From NCBI GenBank assembly GCA_964551905.1, contig CAZKEZ010000001.1, forward strand, positions 13,814-77,813: a stretch of DNA of 64,000 nucleotides, written 5' to 3'. Positions 32,728 through 42,836 of this stretch are shown piece by piece. The stretch is from an uncultured Nocardioides sp. Lineage in GTDB: Bacteria > Actinomycetota > Actinomycetes > Propionibacteriales > Nocardioidaceae. How positions within the stretch are numbered: the stretch's first letter is position 1; each line of letters begins with the position of its first letter. The notes beneath the pieces were generated by a model, which made no database searches, was not told where the DNA came from, and worked only from the letters and a program-made list of their open reading frames with translations. The translations under genes and the position numbers were made by a program.

Positions 32728-33460
32728 CACGCAGCCGCTCCCCGAGCTGAGCCAGTACGTGCGCCACGTCCGGACGCACGCCGTGCGTCTCATCGTGATG
32801 GCACTGGTGGGAGCAGTCATCGGCGGATTGATCTTCCTCGCGCTGCCGCACCGCTACACGGCCACGTCGCGGGTGGCACTGTCGCCCCAGCTCACCTACC
32901 TCTCGATGTCGACGGACTCCGAGCCGACCACCGTGGTGACCCTCGACACCACGGCCGGGCTGCTGCGCTCGGACGCAGCGATCCGCGACATCGCCAGGGC
33001 GATGGACGTGTCGCCTTCGGAGGCCGATCAGGCCATGACCATCTCGGCGAAGCCGGGTTCGCGGGTCCTCGTCGTCCAGGTGACCGCCGACACGCGCCGC
33101 AAGGCTGTCGCCGGCGCCAATGCGGCCACGGAGAGCCTGCTCGAGCTGCAGTCGGAGACCTTCGCGTTGAGCCGCGAGCGAGTCCGGCTGCTCAAGAACC
33201 GGGTCAACGTGCTCCAGGGTCAGGCCCAGCAGCAGATCTCCCAGGGTGTGCCGGCCCAGTCGCTGTTCGACACCGTGGACACCCTGCAGCGTCGACTCGA
33301 CCATGCCGTCGACACCAACAACACCGACTCCGCGGTGATCGTCCGGGCCGACGTCTACGAGTTCCGGCCCGGCCAGGTCGAGGTGTTCGTGGTGAGCGGA
33401 CTGATGCTGGGCCTGCTTGCGGGCCTGCTGAGCACCCTGATCCATCGGCGGCGCCGATGA
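32720..33460 (+). CDS. Wzz-like chain-length determinant
   Basis: Two terminal TM helices, P-YTATS-V motif, central coiled coil. Confidence 0.68.
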   Translation: MTDTQPLPELSQYVRHVRTHAVRLIVMALVGAVIGGLIFLALPHRYTATSRVALSPQLTYLSMSTDSEPTTVVTLDTTAGLLRSDAAIRDIARAMDVSPSEADQAMTISAKPGSRVLVVQVTADTRRKAVAGANAATESLLELQSETFALSRERVRLLKNRVNVLQGQAQQQISQGVPAQSLFDTVDTLQRRLDHAVDTNNTDSAVIVRADVYEFRPGQVEVFVVSGLMLGLLAGLLSTLIHRRRR

Positions 33461-33596
33461 GCAGGGTGAAGACCGCCGAACCGGGCCGCGCGGCCGGGTC
33501 CCGCCTGTATGCTGCCTCCCACGGACATGTGGAGCGTCCGGCGCGACCCCCGGGATCCCTCGGGATGCACAAGCCGATGCCAGGGACCGGGAGGGG

Positions 33597-35063
33597 GTGC
33601 GCTTCGCCGTGGACGCAAACGATGCAGCGCCGGGACGTCTGAACCTCTGGGGTGCGATCCGGGCCCACTGGGTGGGGGTCTTGTGCATCACGCTGCTCTT
33701 CGGCGCAGCGGGCGCCGCTGCCTCCATCCTGCTGCCGCAGCAGTACGCAGCGACCACCAGCGTGCTCCTCCAGCCGCTGGACGGCAACCCGTACAGTCCG
33801 ACCGCGCAGGGCAGCGACCTGACCAACCTGGAGACCGAGGCCCAGGTGATCTCCTCCGACGTGATCGCCCAGCAGGTGGCCGACGAGCTGCCGCCGGAGT
33901 TCGACGACACCGACCTGTCGAAGGGACTCACCGTCGGGATCGCCCCGAACACCCAGATCGTGCAGGTCACCTATCGCAGCTCCGACCCGGATCTTGCCGA
34001 GGCCGCCTCCCAACAGTTCGCGGAGAGCTTCCTGGACTACCGCAGCGAGCGACGTGACACCTTCCTGGACAACCGCCGGACATCGCTGAGCGACCGGATC
34101 TCTGAGCTGACCGATCGGCTGCGGGAGTTGCGTCAGCGGAACCTCGACAACGACGACCCCGAGGTGCGGTCGGTCGGCGGACAGCTGCTCAACCTGCGGC
34201 TGCAGCTGGCGGCCCTGGAGACCGGCGACGCCAGTCCGAGCGGTGAGGTGATCGTGACGCCGGTCGCCCGGATCTCCGGCGTCGTCCTGCCATTGCTCCC
34301 CGCGCTGATCGCCAGCCTGCTGATCGGCCTGTTCGTCGGCTGCACCTGGGCGGTGCTGCGCGACCGTCGGCAGAACCTGCTGCGGACCGTGGACGACGTC
34401 GAGCGCCTCGGCCTCCCCGTGCTCGGCCACGTCGGTCCGGCGAAGCTGCGAGGAGCGGCGGAGGGCTCCCCGAGTGACGCGGCCCTGATGGTGGGCGCGG
34501 TGCTCAACCAGCGGGTGCAGAAACCCGCCACGATCGCAGTGGGCCTGCTGACCAGCAGCCCCGGGCATGAGCGGTTCTCGGTCGACCTGGCGCAGGCCCT
34601 CGCCCAGGGACAGCAAGGGGTGCTGTTGGTTGACGCGGTCGGCCCCGGTCCCTCACAGCAGCCGGGGCTGAGCGAGGCGCTCGCCGGCAACGGGGTCCTC
34701 AGCACCCTCACCAAGCGGGTCTCCGGCGGCTACGCCCGGATGGCTGTCGGCAAGAAACCGGACACCGCAGAACGGCTCTACGGCACCGCTCGCATGGACG
34801 CGCTGCTGGAGAAGATGACCACGCAGTTCGAGTGGGTGATCGTGCGCAGCGGCACCACCGACCAGACCGTGGGTCGGGCCCTGGTGGGCACCTGCCGGTA
34901 CTGGATCCCGCTGGTGATGCTCGGGTCGACCTCTCGAGACGACGTCGAGCGTGGCCTGGTCTGGGCTCGCACCACCGGCACGCAGGCCCTCGGCGTCGTA
35001 GCCGTGGACCGACCTTCCCGGCGGGAACGCAACCGTTCCGCGCCGGACTCCGACGACGAGTAG
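33597..35063 (+). CDS. Wzz/Wzc-like polysaccharide co-polymerase with degenerate kinase-like tail
   Basis: PQQYAATTSVLL, coiled coil, second TM, LGLPVLGHV, VLLVDA; no GK[ST]. Confidence 0.72.
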   Translation: MRFAVDANDAAPGRLNLWGAIRAHWVGVLCITLLFGAAGAAASILLPQQYAATTSVLLQPLDGNPYSPTAQGSDLTNLETEAQVISSDVIAQQVADELPPEFDDTDLSKGLTVGIAPNTQIVQVTYRSSDPDLAEAASQQFAESFLDYRSERRDTFLDNRRTSLSDRISELTDRLRELRQRNLDNDDPEVRSVGGQLLNLRLQLAALETGDASPSGEVIVTPVARISGVVLPLLPALIASLLIGLFVGCTWAVLRDRRQNLLRTVDDVERLGLPVLGHVGPAKLRGAAEGSPSDAALMVGAVLNQRVQKPATIAVGLLTSSPGHERFSVDLAQALAQGQQGVLLVDAVGPGPSQQPGLSEALAGNGVLSTLTKRVSGGYARMAVGKKPDTAERLYGTARMDALLEKMTTQFEWVIVRSGTTDQTVGRALVGTCRYWIPLVMLGSTSRDDVERGLVWARTTGTQALGVVAVDRPSRRERNRSAPDSDDE

Positions 35064-35069
35064 GGCTCG

Positions 35070-36605
35070 GTGAGCGACAGCCAGGAGCTGCGCCAGCTCG
35101 CTCGCGGGGGACTCGGTGGACTCCTTGCCTCGGTCATCACCGGACTCGGCGGCCTGGCGTTCATCACGATCGCCGCCCGGGCCTTCGACAAGACCGACGT
35201 CGGCGTCGTCTTCACGCTGACCTCGCTGTTCCTGATCGCCCTCGCGGTGGTCACCCTGGGCTCGGACATCGGCCTGATCCGGTTCGTCGCGATGAGGATG
35301 GGTGGCGACGCGGCCGAGGATCACGGTGCGACCGACGTACGGCGACCCGACGTCGCGGGCGTCGTGGTCGCCACGCTGGTGCCGGTCATCGTGCTGGCGG
35401 TGATCGCGGCGACGCTGATCTGGTTCCTGCTGCCGCTCGTCGGGCTCTCCGAACGGATCACCGACGTGGCCCGGATCTTCGCCCTGTTCCTGCCCTTCGC
35501 CGCCGTCTCCAACCTGATCCTGGCCACCACCCGCGGCCTCGGACTCATCCGCCCCACCGTGCTCGTGGAGAGTCTGCTCCGTCAGGGGCTGCAGCCGGTG
35601 CTCGCCATCGTGGTGGCCGTCCGGACCGACGCCATCGAATGGCTCGGCCTGGCCTGGGTGGCGCCGTACGCCGTCTCGTGCTTGGCCGGCCTAGTCTCCT
35701 ACCACCGCATCTGCCGACGGCAGCAGATCACCCCCTGGGTGGGTCCCCGGTCCCCCTCCGTCCGCGCGGTGCGACGCGAGCTGTGGGCATTCAACGCACC
35801 TCGGGCGCTGACTCAGATCGCCCAGATCGGCATCCGGCGCGCGGACATCCCGATCGTCGCGGCGCTGGCGGGGCCGGCGGCCGCGGCGGTGTACACCGCC
35901 GCGTCCCGGTTCGTCGCCGCCGGTCTCCAGGGCATCAAGGGAGTCCAGCAGATGGTGGGCCCCCAGATCGCGCGCCTGGTCGGTGCCGGCTCCTACTCGG
36001 GCGCCGGGCTCGCGCTACGGACGGCCACCACCTGGAATGTGGTCATCTCCTGGCCGCTCTACGTGGTGTGCGCGGTGCTGCCCGGCCTGGTGCTGCTGCT
36101 GTTCGGGACGGGGTATGAGTCGGGCACCCCGGTCGTGGTCATCCTCGCCCTCGGCATGCTGGTCGGGACCGCTGCCGGCCCGGTGGACATCGCACTGTTG
36201 ATGCTGGGACGGAGCGTCCAGAGCCTCCGCAACAACCTGGCCGCCCTGGTGACGAACCTGGTGCTCAACCTCGCCCTCGTGCCGGTCCTCGGCATCTCGG
36301 GCGCCGCGATGGCCTGGTCGGCGTCGATCGTGGTGTCGAACGCCTTGCCCACCTGGCAGATCCGGCCGGTGCTCGGCAACGCCGGCGACCGGCGCACCCT
36401 GCTGGCCGGCGCGCTGGCCCTGGCCAGCTTCGGCATCCTGCCGCTGGTCGGCCGGGCCACGGGCTGGGACTCCACTCCCGCCCAGATCGCTCAGGTGGCG
36501 CTGGGCTGTGTCGTCTATGCGGGCGCACTGTTCCGGTTCCGCCGGCGGCTGCGCCTGGTGGAGCTGTTCGGGGCCCTGCGTCGTCGTCGCGGCTCCCGGA
36601 CCTAG
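35070..36605 (+). CDS. Wzx-type polysaccharide flippase
   Basis: About 14 TM, RADI, YTAASR, LLLFG-GY, LNLALVP-LGI-GAA. Confidence 0.85.
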   Translation: MSDSQELRQLARGGLGGLLASVITGLGGLAFITIAARAFDKTDVGVVFTLTSLFLIALAVVTLGSDIGLIRFVAMRMGGDAAEDHGATDVRRPDVAGVVVATLVPVIVLAVIAATLIWFLLPLVGLSERITDVARIFALFLPFAAVSNLILATTRGLGLIRPTVLVESLLRQGLQPVLAIVVAVRTDAIEWLGLAWVAPYAVSCLAGLVSYHRICRRQQITPWVGPRSPSVRAVRRELWAFNAPRALTQIAQIGIRRADIPIVAALAGPAAAAVYTAASRFVAAGLQGIKGVQQMVGPQIARLVGAGSYSGAGLALRTATTWNVVISWPLYVVCAVLPGLVLLLFGTGYESGTPVVVILALGMLVGTAAGPVDIALLMLGRSVQSLRNNLAALVTNLVLNLALVPVLGISGAAMAWSASIVVSNALPTWQIRPVLGNAGDRRTLLAGALALASFGILPLVGRATGWDSTPAQIAQVALGCVVYAGALFRFRRRLRLVELFGALRRRRGSRT

Positions 36606-36633
36606 GGATCGGTCGGCGATCGTTGCCCGGCTG

Positions 36634-38781
36634 CTAGGACGCCGGCATCGAGTGGTCGGGGGCGGGAAGCTCGGCCAGGGCGGTGGTGAGCAGCGACACC
36701 AGGGCCTCCACCTGGACGTCGACGGAGTCCGCGGCCTCCTCGTCCGCGCCGTCCAGGGCTCGCGCGGCCAGACCGGCCTTGGTGTCGATCAGCTCGGCGA
36801 TCCGGGCGTCCAGGGTCTGCGCGGCGATGATCCGCCAGGCGGTGACCGGTTCGGTCTGTCCGATGCGGTGCACCCGGTCGATCGCTTGCGTCTGTTCGGC
36901 GTTGGTCCAGGAGAGCTCGGCGAGCACGACGTTGGACGCGACCTGGAGGTTGATCCCGACGCCCGCTGCGGTCAACGAGCAGACGATGACGGCGACGTCG
37001 GGGTCGTTCACGAACGCGTCGATCTCCTTCTGACGGACCGTGGACGTCTGGTCCCCGCGGATCGTGGTGAACCGAACGCCCCGACGGTCGAAGAGCTCAC
37101 CCGCGGAGTCCATCACGTCCAGGTGCTTGGCGAAGAACACGACCTTGCCGGTGCTCCGGGCCAGCTGCGCGGCATAGTCGGCGGCCAGCTCCGCCTTCGC
37201 CTGACCGATCTTGCGCACCATCGCGAAGACGTTGTCCTCGCCGCCGCCCTCGGAGCCCTCGGCGATCTCACGCTCGGCAACCCGCCGGACCAGGACCTGG
37301 TCGATGCCCTCGTCGGCGAGGGTGCCGGCAGCCCGACGGTGCTCCAGCGCGGCGAGGTACCGGCCGACTAGCCGCTTGGCCAGCCGGCTCTCCGCGTCCT
37401 GAATCGAGCGGCCCATAGCGCCCTCGAGCTCGACGGGAAGGTCGGCGATCCGACGGGCCGGGATGTCCGCGGCGACCTCGACCTTGCGCCGTCGTACGAT
37501 CCCGAGGTCGACAACGGCGTTCCGCGCGGCCGGGTAGAACGCGTGGTCAGCCGGCGTCAACCCGGTCTCCTCCAGCGCCGACATCAGGGCGTCACCGGGC
37601 TTGCGGGCCTCGATCCACCCCAGGAACTGCCAGATGGTCCGGAAGTCCTCGATGTCGTTGATCAGCGGCGTCCCCGTCAGGGCCATCAGCAATGGCCGCG
37701 CGATGCGACGGCGGACCCGCTCGGAGATCTCGAGGACGTGCTGGGACCGCTGCGACTTCTTGTTCTTGATGTAGTGCGCCTCGTCGACCACCATTCCACG
37801 GAACCCGTGCTCGCCGATCCAGGCAACGTGCCGGTCCAGGACCTCGTAGTTGACGACCACGATGTCGGCGAAGCCGTCGATGGTGGCCCCATCCCCCTGG
37901 ATCACGGTGACCGAGCGTCCCGGGGTCCACAGCTGTGCCTCACGGGCCCAGTTGGTCTTGACCACGTTGGGAACGACCGCCAGGAGTGGGTAGGCGCTGG
38001 CGACGTCCGCAGCCAGGAGTGCCTGGGCGGTCTTGCCCAACCCGGGCTCGTCGGCCAGCAGGAAGGTGCGGTGGCCCTCGGCCACGGCCGACAGGACCCG
38101 CGCCTGGTGCGGCATCAGCTGCAGGCCCTTCGGGGTCATAGTGGGGCGCGGCTCGGGGAGCTCCATGCAGGCCGGGGCACCGGGTGTCGGGTGCTCGAAG
38201 GCGTTGAGCAGCGGTCCGATCAGCTCCCAGCCGACCAGGCGGCCCTGCGGCTTCGGGGCGACCTGGGAGAAGTCGGGGACCAGGAACGGGTTGGCCAGCT
38301 GAGCCGAGATCACCGACTGCGGGATCACCGTGCGCGCGGTGCGTCCGCCGACAGGGTCCTCGTCCGCGTCGACCGGGGTCGGCTCCTGGCCGGCGGCGAG
38401 CTGCATCTCACGCTGCATCCGGCGCGTCGCCTCGCCCACCTCGGCGTCCTCCCCGAGCAGCGAGAACAGGGAGGGTTGGTGGGCCGCGATCTGGGCCAGG
38501 ATCGTGGCGATGCCGTCCACCCGCTTGAGCTCGGCCTCGCGCTGCCCCTCGGTGAGCTCGGAAGACGAGCGGATCCGCGCCCGCTCCTCGCGTGCGAGCA
38601 GGGCGACGGCCTGGAACCGGGAGTGCTGTCCGGTGGACAGCTGACCACGCTTGACCGCGTTCTCAACCTCCCGGACCGCCTTCGCCAGCACCGGCAGGAG
38701 GCCCTCGTTGTCGCGGCCCCGGTCGCGGGGGCGCTGAGCCGACCGTCGGTCGCCGGTCCGACGCCTGTCTCGTGTCGCCAA
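36634..38781 (-). CDS. SNF2-family helicase
   Basis: LADEPGLGKT, VVDEAH, LTGTP, QAIDRVHRIGQ; start uncertain (TTG 38781). Confidence 0.9.
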   Translation of the reverse strand: MATRDRRRTGDRRSAQRPRDRGRDNEGLLPVLAKAVREVENAVKRGQLSTGQHSRFQAVALLAREERARIRSSSELTEGQREAELKRVDGIATILAQIAAHQPSLFSLLGEDAEVGEATRRMQREMQLAAGQEPTPVDADEDPVGGRTARTVIPQSVISAQLANPFLVPDFSQVAPKPQGRLVGWELIGPLLNAFEHPTPGAPACMELPEPRPTMTPKGLQLMPHQARVLSAVAEGHRTFLLADEPGLGKTAQALLAADVASAYPLLAVVPNVVKTNWAREAQLWTPGRSVTVIQGDGATIDGFADIVVVNYEVLDRHVAWIGEHGFRGMVVDEAHYIKNKKSQRSQHVLEISERVRRRIARPLLMALTGTPLINDIEDFRTIWQFLGWIEARKPGDALMSALEETGLTPADHAFYPAARNAVVDLGIVRRRKVEVAADIPARRIADLPVELEGAMGRSIQDAESRLAKRLVGRYLAALEHRRAAGTLADEGIDQVLVRRVAEREIAEGSEGGGEDNVFAMVRKIGQAKAELAADYAAQLARSTGKVVFFAKHLDVMDSAGELFDRRGVRFTTIRGDQTSTVRQKEIDAFVNDPDVAVIVCSLTAAGVGINLQVASNVVLAELSWTNAEQTQAIDRVHRIGQTEPVTAWRIIAAQTLDARIAELIDTKAGLAARALDGADEEAADSVDVQVEALVSLLTTALAELPAPDHSMPAS

Positions 38782-39013
38782 GCGGGCAAATCCCTTCCGA
38801 TCCACCGACCCAGACGAGCCGGTGCGTGCTTCACCACGGGCCCCGTCCCACCAGAACGATGGACTGAGGCAGCGTCGCCGCACCGTGTGCGCTCGCGTCT
38901 CGCCGCCGCTCGGAGCCGGTCTACGCCGGCCGACGGCCGCGGACTGGGCCCAGTCTACGGGATCCCTGCAGCTGGCGCGCACTTCTGCCGGGTCCGAGAC
39001 TGCTCGCGTCGAG

Positions 39014-41617
39014 CTACCTGATGCGAAACGCCTGCCCGTTCACGTCGAAGAAGTAGTTGTCGACCGCCTTGATCATGATCCAGGCCCTGCCGGTGCTGGC
39101 TCGAGGGAACCGGACTGAGGCCCGGCCGTCGTTGGCCGTAGTGGCCAGCACGCGCGACCAGGTCCGGCCGTTGTTGGTCGACAGGACGATGCGGACCTTC
39201 GAGGCGAGCTTGCGGGTGCCGTTGACCTTCCAGGTCACCGTCCGCTTCGTGCCGCCCTTCACCGACCCTCCGTTCTCGAAGGAGCTGACCAGGAAAGGTC
39301 CGGCCGACCGGTCGATCCGCAGCGTGACGTTGGCGTGACCAACCCCGCCACCACCGGGGGTGGCGTCTCGTGCGGTCAGCCGGAAGTGCATCGCCGGCCG
39401 CTTCGAGCCTGCCCGGCCGACGTACCCCTTCACGGGCAGGAACTCCGAGTAGCAGTTCACGATCGGGAGGGGCACCACGACGTACACGTCGGGGTCGTTC
39501 GGCGGGGCCGCGGGGCACCGCCCGGTCCTGGCGTTGGTGTTGCCCGCCATCACCTGCGCCAGGTCGGGGAAGGTACGCGACGGACTCTGCCCGGCTCGGT
39601 TCTGCCCCGGCGCCGGGCTCTGGAGGGCGTCATCGTCGGACACGTCGGCGTACCGGCCGAAGACCCGGAAGAGCGGCCCGTTCCGCTTGGTGTTGTCGAC
39701 CAGTGCGGTTCCCCGGGCGCCACCGACGTCGTTCTGCTCCCACAGGTAGGTGAGCCGGTCGCCGTCCGCGTCGGTGGCGGACCCGCGCAGCGTGAACGGC
39801 GTTCGCAGCGGCAGGGTCCGACCGGGCGGGGCCTTGACCACCGGGGCACGGTTGCCGGTGCGGTGGGCCCGGCCCCGGTTGTTGGGCGTCCCGCCCTTCG
39901 CGGTCTCCCCCACGTGGGCGGTCGCCCCACCGGTCGTGGTGACGACCAGCGCCCGCATGTCTCGGCGGTTGCTGGCTCCGGTGTACGGGTCGGGGTCACC
40001 GGCGAACATCACCTGGAAGCCCGTGTCGTTGGGCGCCCCGAGGGGGGCCGGGTAGACGAAGGGGTCGGAGTAGATGCCGGCATACGGGTCGTAGCCCCAC
40101 TTCCCGATCGTGACGTTCACCCCGGTGAGCTCCTCGACCGCGCTCTCGATCCCAGCCGCGGTGTACGTCGAGCCCCGGGTCAGCGTCACCGGGTCGGCCG
40201 TGGCTCCCGGATAGTCGAGCGTGATGGAGTCGGTGCCGTTGAACGCGGTGAGCGAGACGTCCTGCACCTCGACCGGACGCGGGGCGGAGCCACGCGTGTA
40301 GCCGTTGATCTCCTGGATGGAGCGCTGGGAGAAGTAGGGGTCGCTGTGCGGCTGGAGGTTGTCCTGTCGACAGATACCGGCGTACGCCATGATCGACGAC
40401 CCCGAGCCGGGTTCCACCGAGGCGCCCCGCTCGCGGTTGGCGCCCGAACAGTTCCAGCGGGTCCCGTTGAACGTATGGTCGCCGGCGAACTGGTGCCCCA
40501 CCTCGTGGGCGACGTAGTCGATGGCGTAGAAGTCCCCCACCGGGTCTGGGATGCCCGTACACCCCATCGCCTTCTCGATGCTGCCGACCACTCCGAGGCC
40601 GGCGATGCCGCCCCCGTTGGTGCCCAGCGCGATGTGCCCAAGGTCGTAGTTGGATGCGCCGATCAGCTGGCCGAGCACTGTCTGGTTGCGCTGCAGGGTG
40701 CCGACGTCGCAGTAGGAGAGCTGTCCTTCGATGTAGTCGGGGGACTCGGGGTCGAGGGTGTAGCAGGGGTGCGCGCCGCACGGACCGTTCGGCCCGGTGG
40801 CCTTCTGGACCGTGTCGAGGTTGAGCTTCTCGGTGTCGTTGACCAGGACCATCCGGATCGCCAGGTCGTCGTTGTAGAGCTGGTTGACCCGGTTCATCAG
40901 TGTGACCTTCTCCGCCAGGACGTTCTGGCTGCCGAAGTAGTCGGCGTACGTCGGGTCACTGAGCAGGGCGAGCCGGTAGACCCGCTGGACCACCGCGGCG
41001 CCCGGGGCCGTGCGCGATGCGGCCCGGTGCTGCTCGACCGCGCGGTCCAGCTGCGGGAGTCGGCGCTCCACCAGAGAGTCGGTCGGCTGGGGCAGGCTGT
41101 GGCCGAAATAGCTCAGGTGCTGGGTGGTGCCGCGCTTGTTGTAGGCCGGGTCGACGTACCAGGCGTTCTGGCCGTTCGGTCCCCGGACCGAGGCGTGGAA
41201 GCCCATCGGCGTGACGTCGAGCGCCACCGTGGTGCCCGGGTGGTCGAGGGAGACCCCGGACCAGGTCTGGATCTCCGGGTGGGCGGCGGCCAGGCGGTGC
41301 TCCATGACCTGGGTGCGCTGCACGCTCACCTGCTCGGTGCCGCCCGCAGGCGTGGGCAGCTCGAAGACCCGCGCCGTCGCGGCGCCGAGCCGCGGAGCGG
41401 CCGCCAGCTGGGCGCGCACGGCATCGACGTCGACGGCCACGGCCGAGTAGTGGCGCGGCTCGACGCGGACCTGGTCACCGGCCGGCTCAAAGGCGGTGAG
41501 CGGGCGGAACAGGGGGTCGTCGGGAGCCGCTCCCGCGGGCAGCCCTGTGAACGGCAGCGCCGCGGCGGCCAGCGCCAGCCCGGCGACCACAGCAACGATT
41601 CCCCACCCATGCTTCAT
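39014..41617 (-). CDS. Secreted M12/reprolysin-like zinc metallopeptidase
   Basis: Signal peptide; HEVGHQFAGDH and Met-turn SIMAYAG. Confidence 0.88.
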   Translation of the reverse strand: MKHGWGIVAVVAGLALAAAALPFTGLPAGAAPDDPLFRPLTAFEPAGDQVRVEPRHYSAVAVDVDAVRAQLAAAPRLGAATARVFELPTPAGGTEQVSVQRTQVMEHRLAAAHPEIQTWSGVSLDHPGTTVALDVTPMGFHASVRGPNGQNAWYVDPAYNKRGTTQHLSYFGHSLPQPTDSLVERRLPQLDRAVEQHRAASRTAPGAAVVQRVYRLALLSDPTYADYFGSQNVLAEKVTLMNRVNQLYNDDLAIRMVLVNDTEKLNLDTVQKATGPNGPCGAHPCYTLDPESPDYIEGQLSYCDVGTLQRNQTVLGQLIGASNYDLGHIALGTNGGGIAGLGVVGSIEKAMGCTGIPDPVGDFYAIDYVAHEVGHQFAGDHTFNGTRWNCSGANRERGASVEPGSGSSIMAYAGICRQDNLQPHSDPYFSQRSIQEINGYTRGSAPRPVEVQDVSLTAFNGTDSITLDYPGATADPVTLTRGSTYTAAGIESAVEELTGVNVTIGKWGYDPYAGIYSDPFVYPAPLGAPNDTGFQVMFAGDPDPYTGASNRRDMRALVVTTTGGATAHVGETAKGGTPNNRGRAHRTGNRAPVVKAPPGRTLPLRTPFTLRGSATDADGDRLTYLWEQNDVGGARGTALVDNTKRNGPLFRVFGRYADVSDDDALQSPAPGQNRAGQSPSRTFPDLAQVMAGNTNARTGRCPAAPPNDPDVYVVVPLPIVNCYSEFLPVKGYVGRAGSKRPAMHFRLTARDATPGGGGVGHANVTLRIDRSAGPFLVSSFENGGSVKGGTKRTVTWKVNGTRKLASKVRIVLSTNNGRTWSRVLATTANDGRASVRFPRASTGRAWIMIKAVDNYFFDVNGQAFRIR

Positions 41618-41687
41618 GAGCTGCCCCCTCGTCGACCGATCCGGTCAGTTCCCCCGAGGGGCACTTTCACACATCGAGCCGTGGTGA

Positions 41688-42836
41688 TCAATCACCGCCA
41701 AGCGACAGATCGAGCGCAGCCTCCGGATCATGGACGGCGCCCGGATCCCCACCGTGTCGCGAGCCGGTCCTGGCCCCCGACGACAGCAGGCCATCGAGCT
41801 CCTCGAACGCGGCCACCTGAACGCGGCGGTGCCGCAGCAGCCACCGCTGCCGCGGCGTCAGCCCCAGATCGACCACCCCCAGGTCGAGCTGCCGATCGTG
41901 GCTGAGTGCCAGGGCCTCGCTGACGCTGCAGCGCGCCGTCACCAGCTCCACCTCTGCGGCCTCGGCGACGGCGGCCAGCACCTGCCGGTGCAACCGGGCA
42001 TAGGGCAGCAGCTGTCGCCGCACCTCACGACCGGGGTGGCGGCGCCACGACGCCACGTCGTCGATGCCGAAGCCCAGCGCCGGTGCGGCCCGCTCCTCGA
42101 ACTCCGGTGAGCCCCACCCGCCCAGCTGCTGTCCGGCGGACGCCCAGACGGGGCAGTCGACCACCTTGCGTCCGCAGTCGCAGCGAGCCGATGCTCCCGC
42201 GCGCGGCCAGACGTGCAGGTCACCGATCAGGAGCGTGGCGGTTCGGGAGCGGAGTGCCTCCTCGGTCGGCCCGGGGTCCCGGTCCCCGCACAGCAGCAGG
42301 ACGCGAGTCGCGTCGACGGCCGCCGTCGGTCCTCGCTGCGGAAGCGGAGCGGCCACGGTGGCGGCGAACACCGCGACCGCGTCGACACCCTCCTGGAGGT
42401 CCGCCTCGGCCAGTCGGGTGCCCTCGGGCGGCAGCTCCTCCACCAGCTGGTTCAGCGTGCCCTCATTGAGCGCGAGTCCCACCATGTCGCGGTTGGCGTA
42501 CCAGCGGGCGAACCGCAGCTGGTGGTCGTCGACGTGCTCGCCGAACGCCGGATCGCGCGGGAACATGATGGGCCGGTGCCCGCCGACGCGGGCGTCGCAG
42601 ACGGTGCCGGGACCCCCGTGGGTGACCACGACGTCCGCGGCTCCGATCTCTTCGGACAGCTCGTCGGGCGGCAGAAACTCCCGGCCCCGGGCGTGCCGCG
42701 GGGGCGCGGTGCGACCGTGCTGCACCAGCACCTCGTCACCTGGGTGGTCACGCACCCAGTCGTCGGCCCAGGCCACCGCCCGGTCGAACCGGTGGTGGTC
42801 GGTCCCCACAAGCACCAGGATCCGCCGCCCGCTCAC
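41688..42836 (-). CDS. PssE/Cps14G (Alg13-like) glycosyltransferase subunit fused to a degenerate sulfotransferase-like domain
   Basis: VGTDHHRFDR, VTHGGPGT, PR...GEHVDDHQ; tail RCDCGRKVVDCPVW. Confidence 0.78.
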   Translation of the reverse strand: MSGRRILVLVGTDHHRFDRAVAWADDWVRDHPGDEVLVQHGRTAPPRHARGREFLPPDELSEEIGAADVVVTHGGPGTVCDARVGGHRPIMFPRDPAFGEHVDDHQLRFARWYANRDMVGLALNEGTLNQLVEELPPEGTRLAEADLQEGVDAVAVFAATVAAPLPQRGPTAAVDATRVLLLCGDRDPGPTEEALRSRTATLLIGDLHVWPRAGASARCDCGRKVVDCPVWASAGQQLGGWGSPEFEERAAPALGFGIDDVASWRRHPGREVRRQLLPYARLHRQVLAAVAEAAEVELVTARCSVSEALALSHDRQLDLGVVDLGLTPRQRWLLRHRRVQVAAFEELDGLLSSGARTGSRHGGDPGAVHDPEAALDLSLGGD

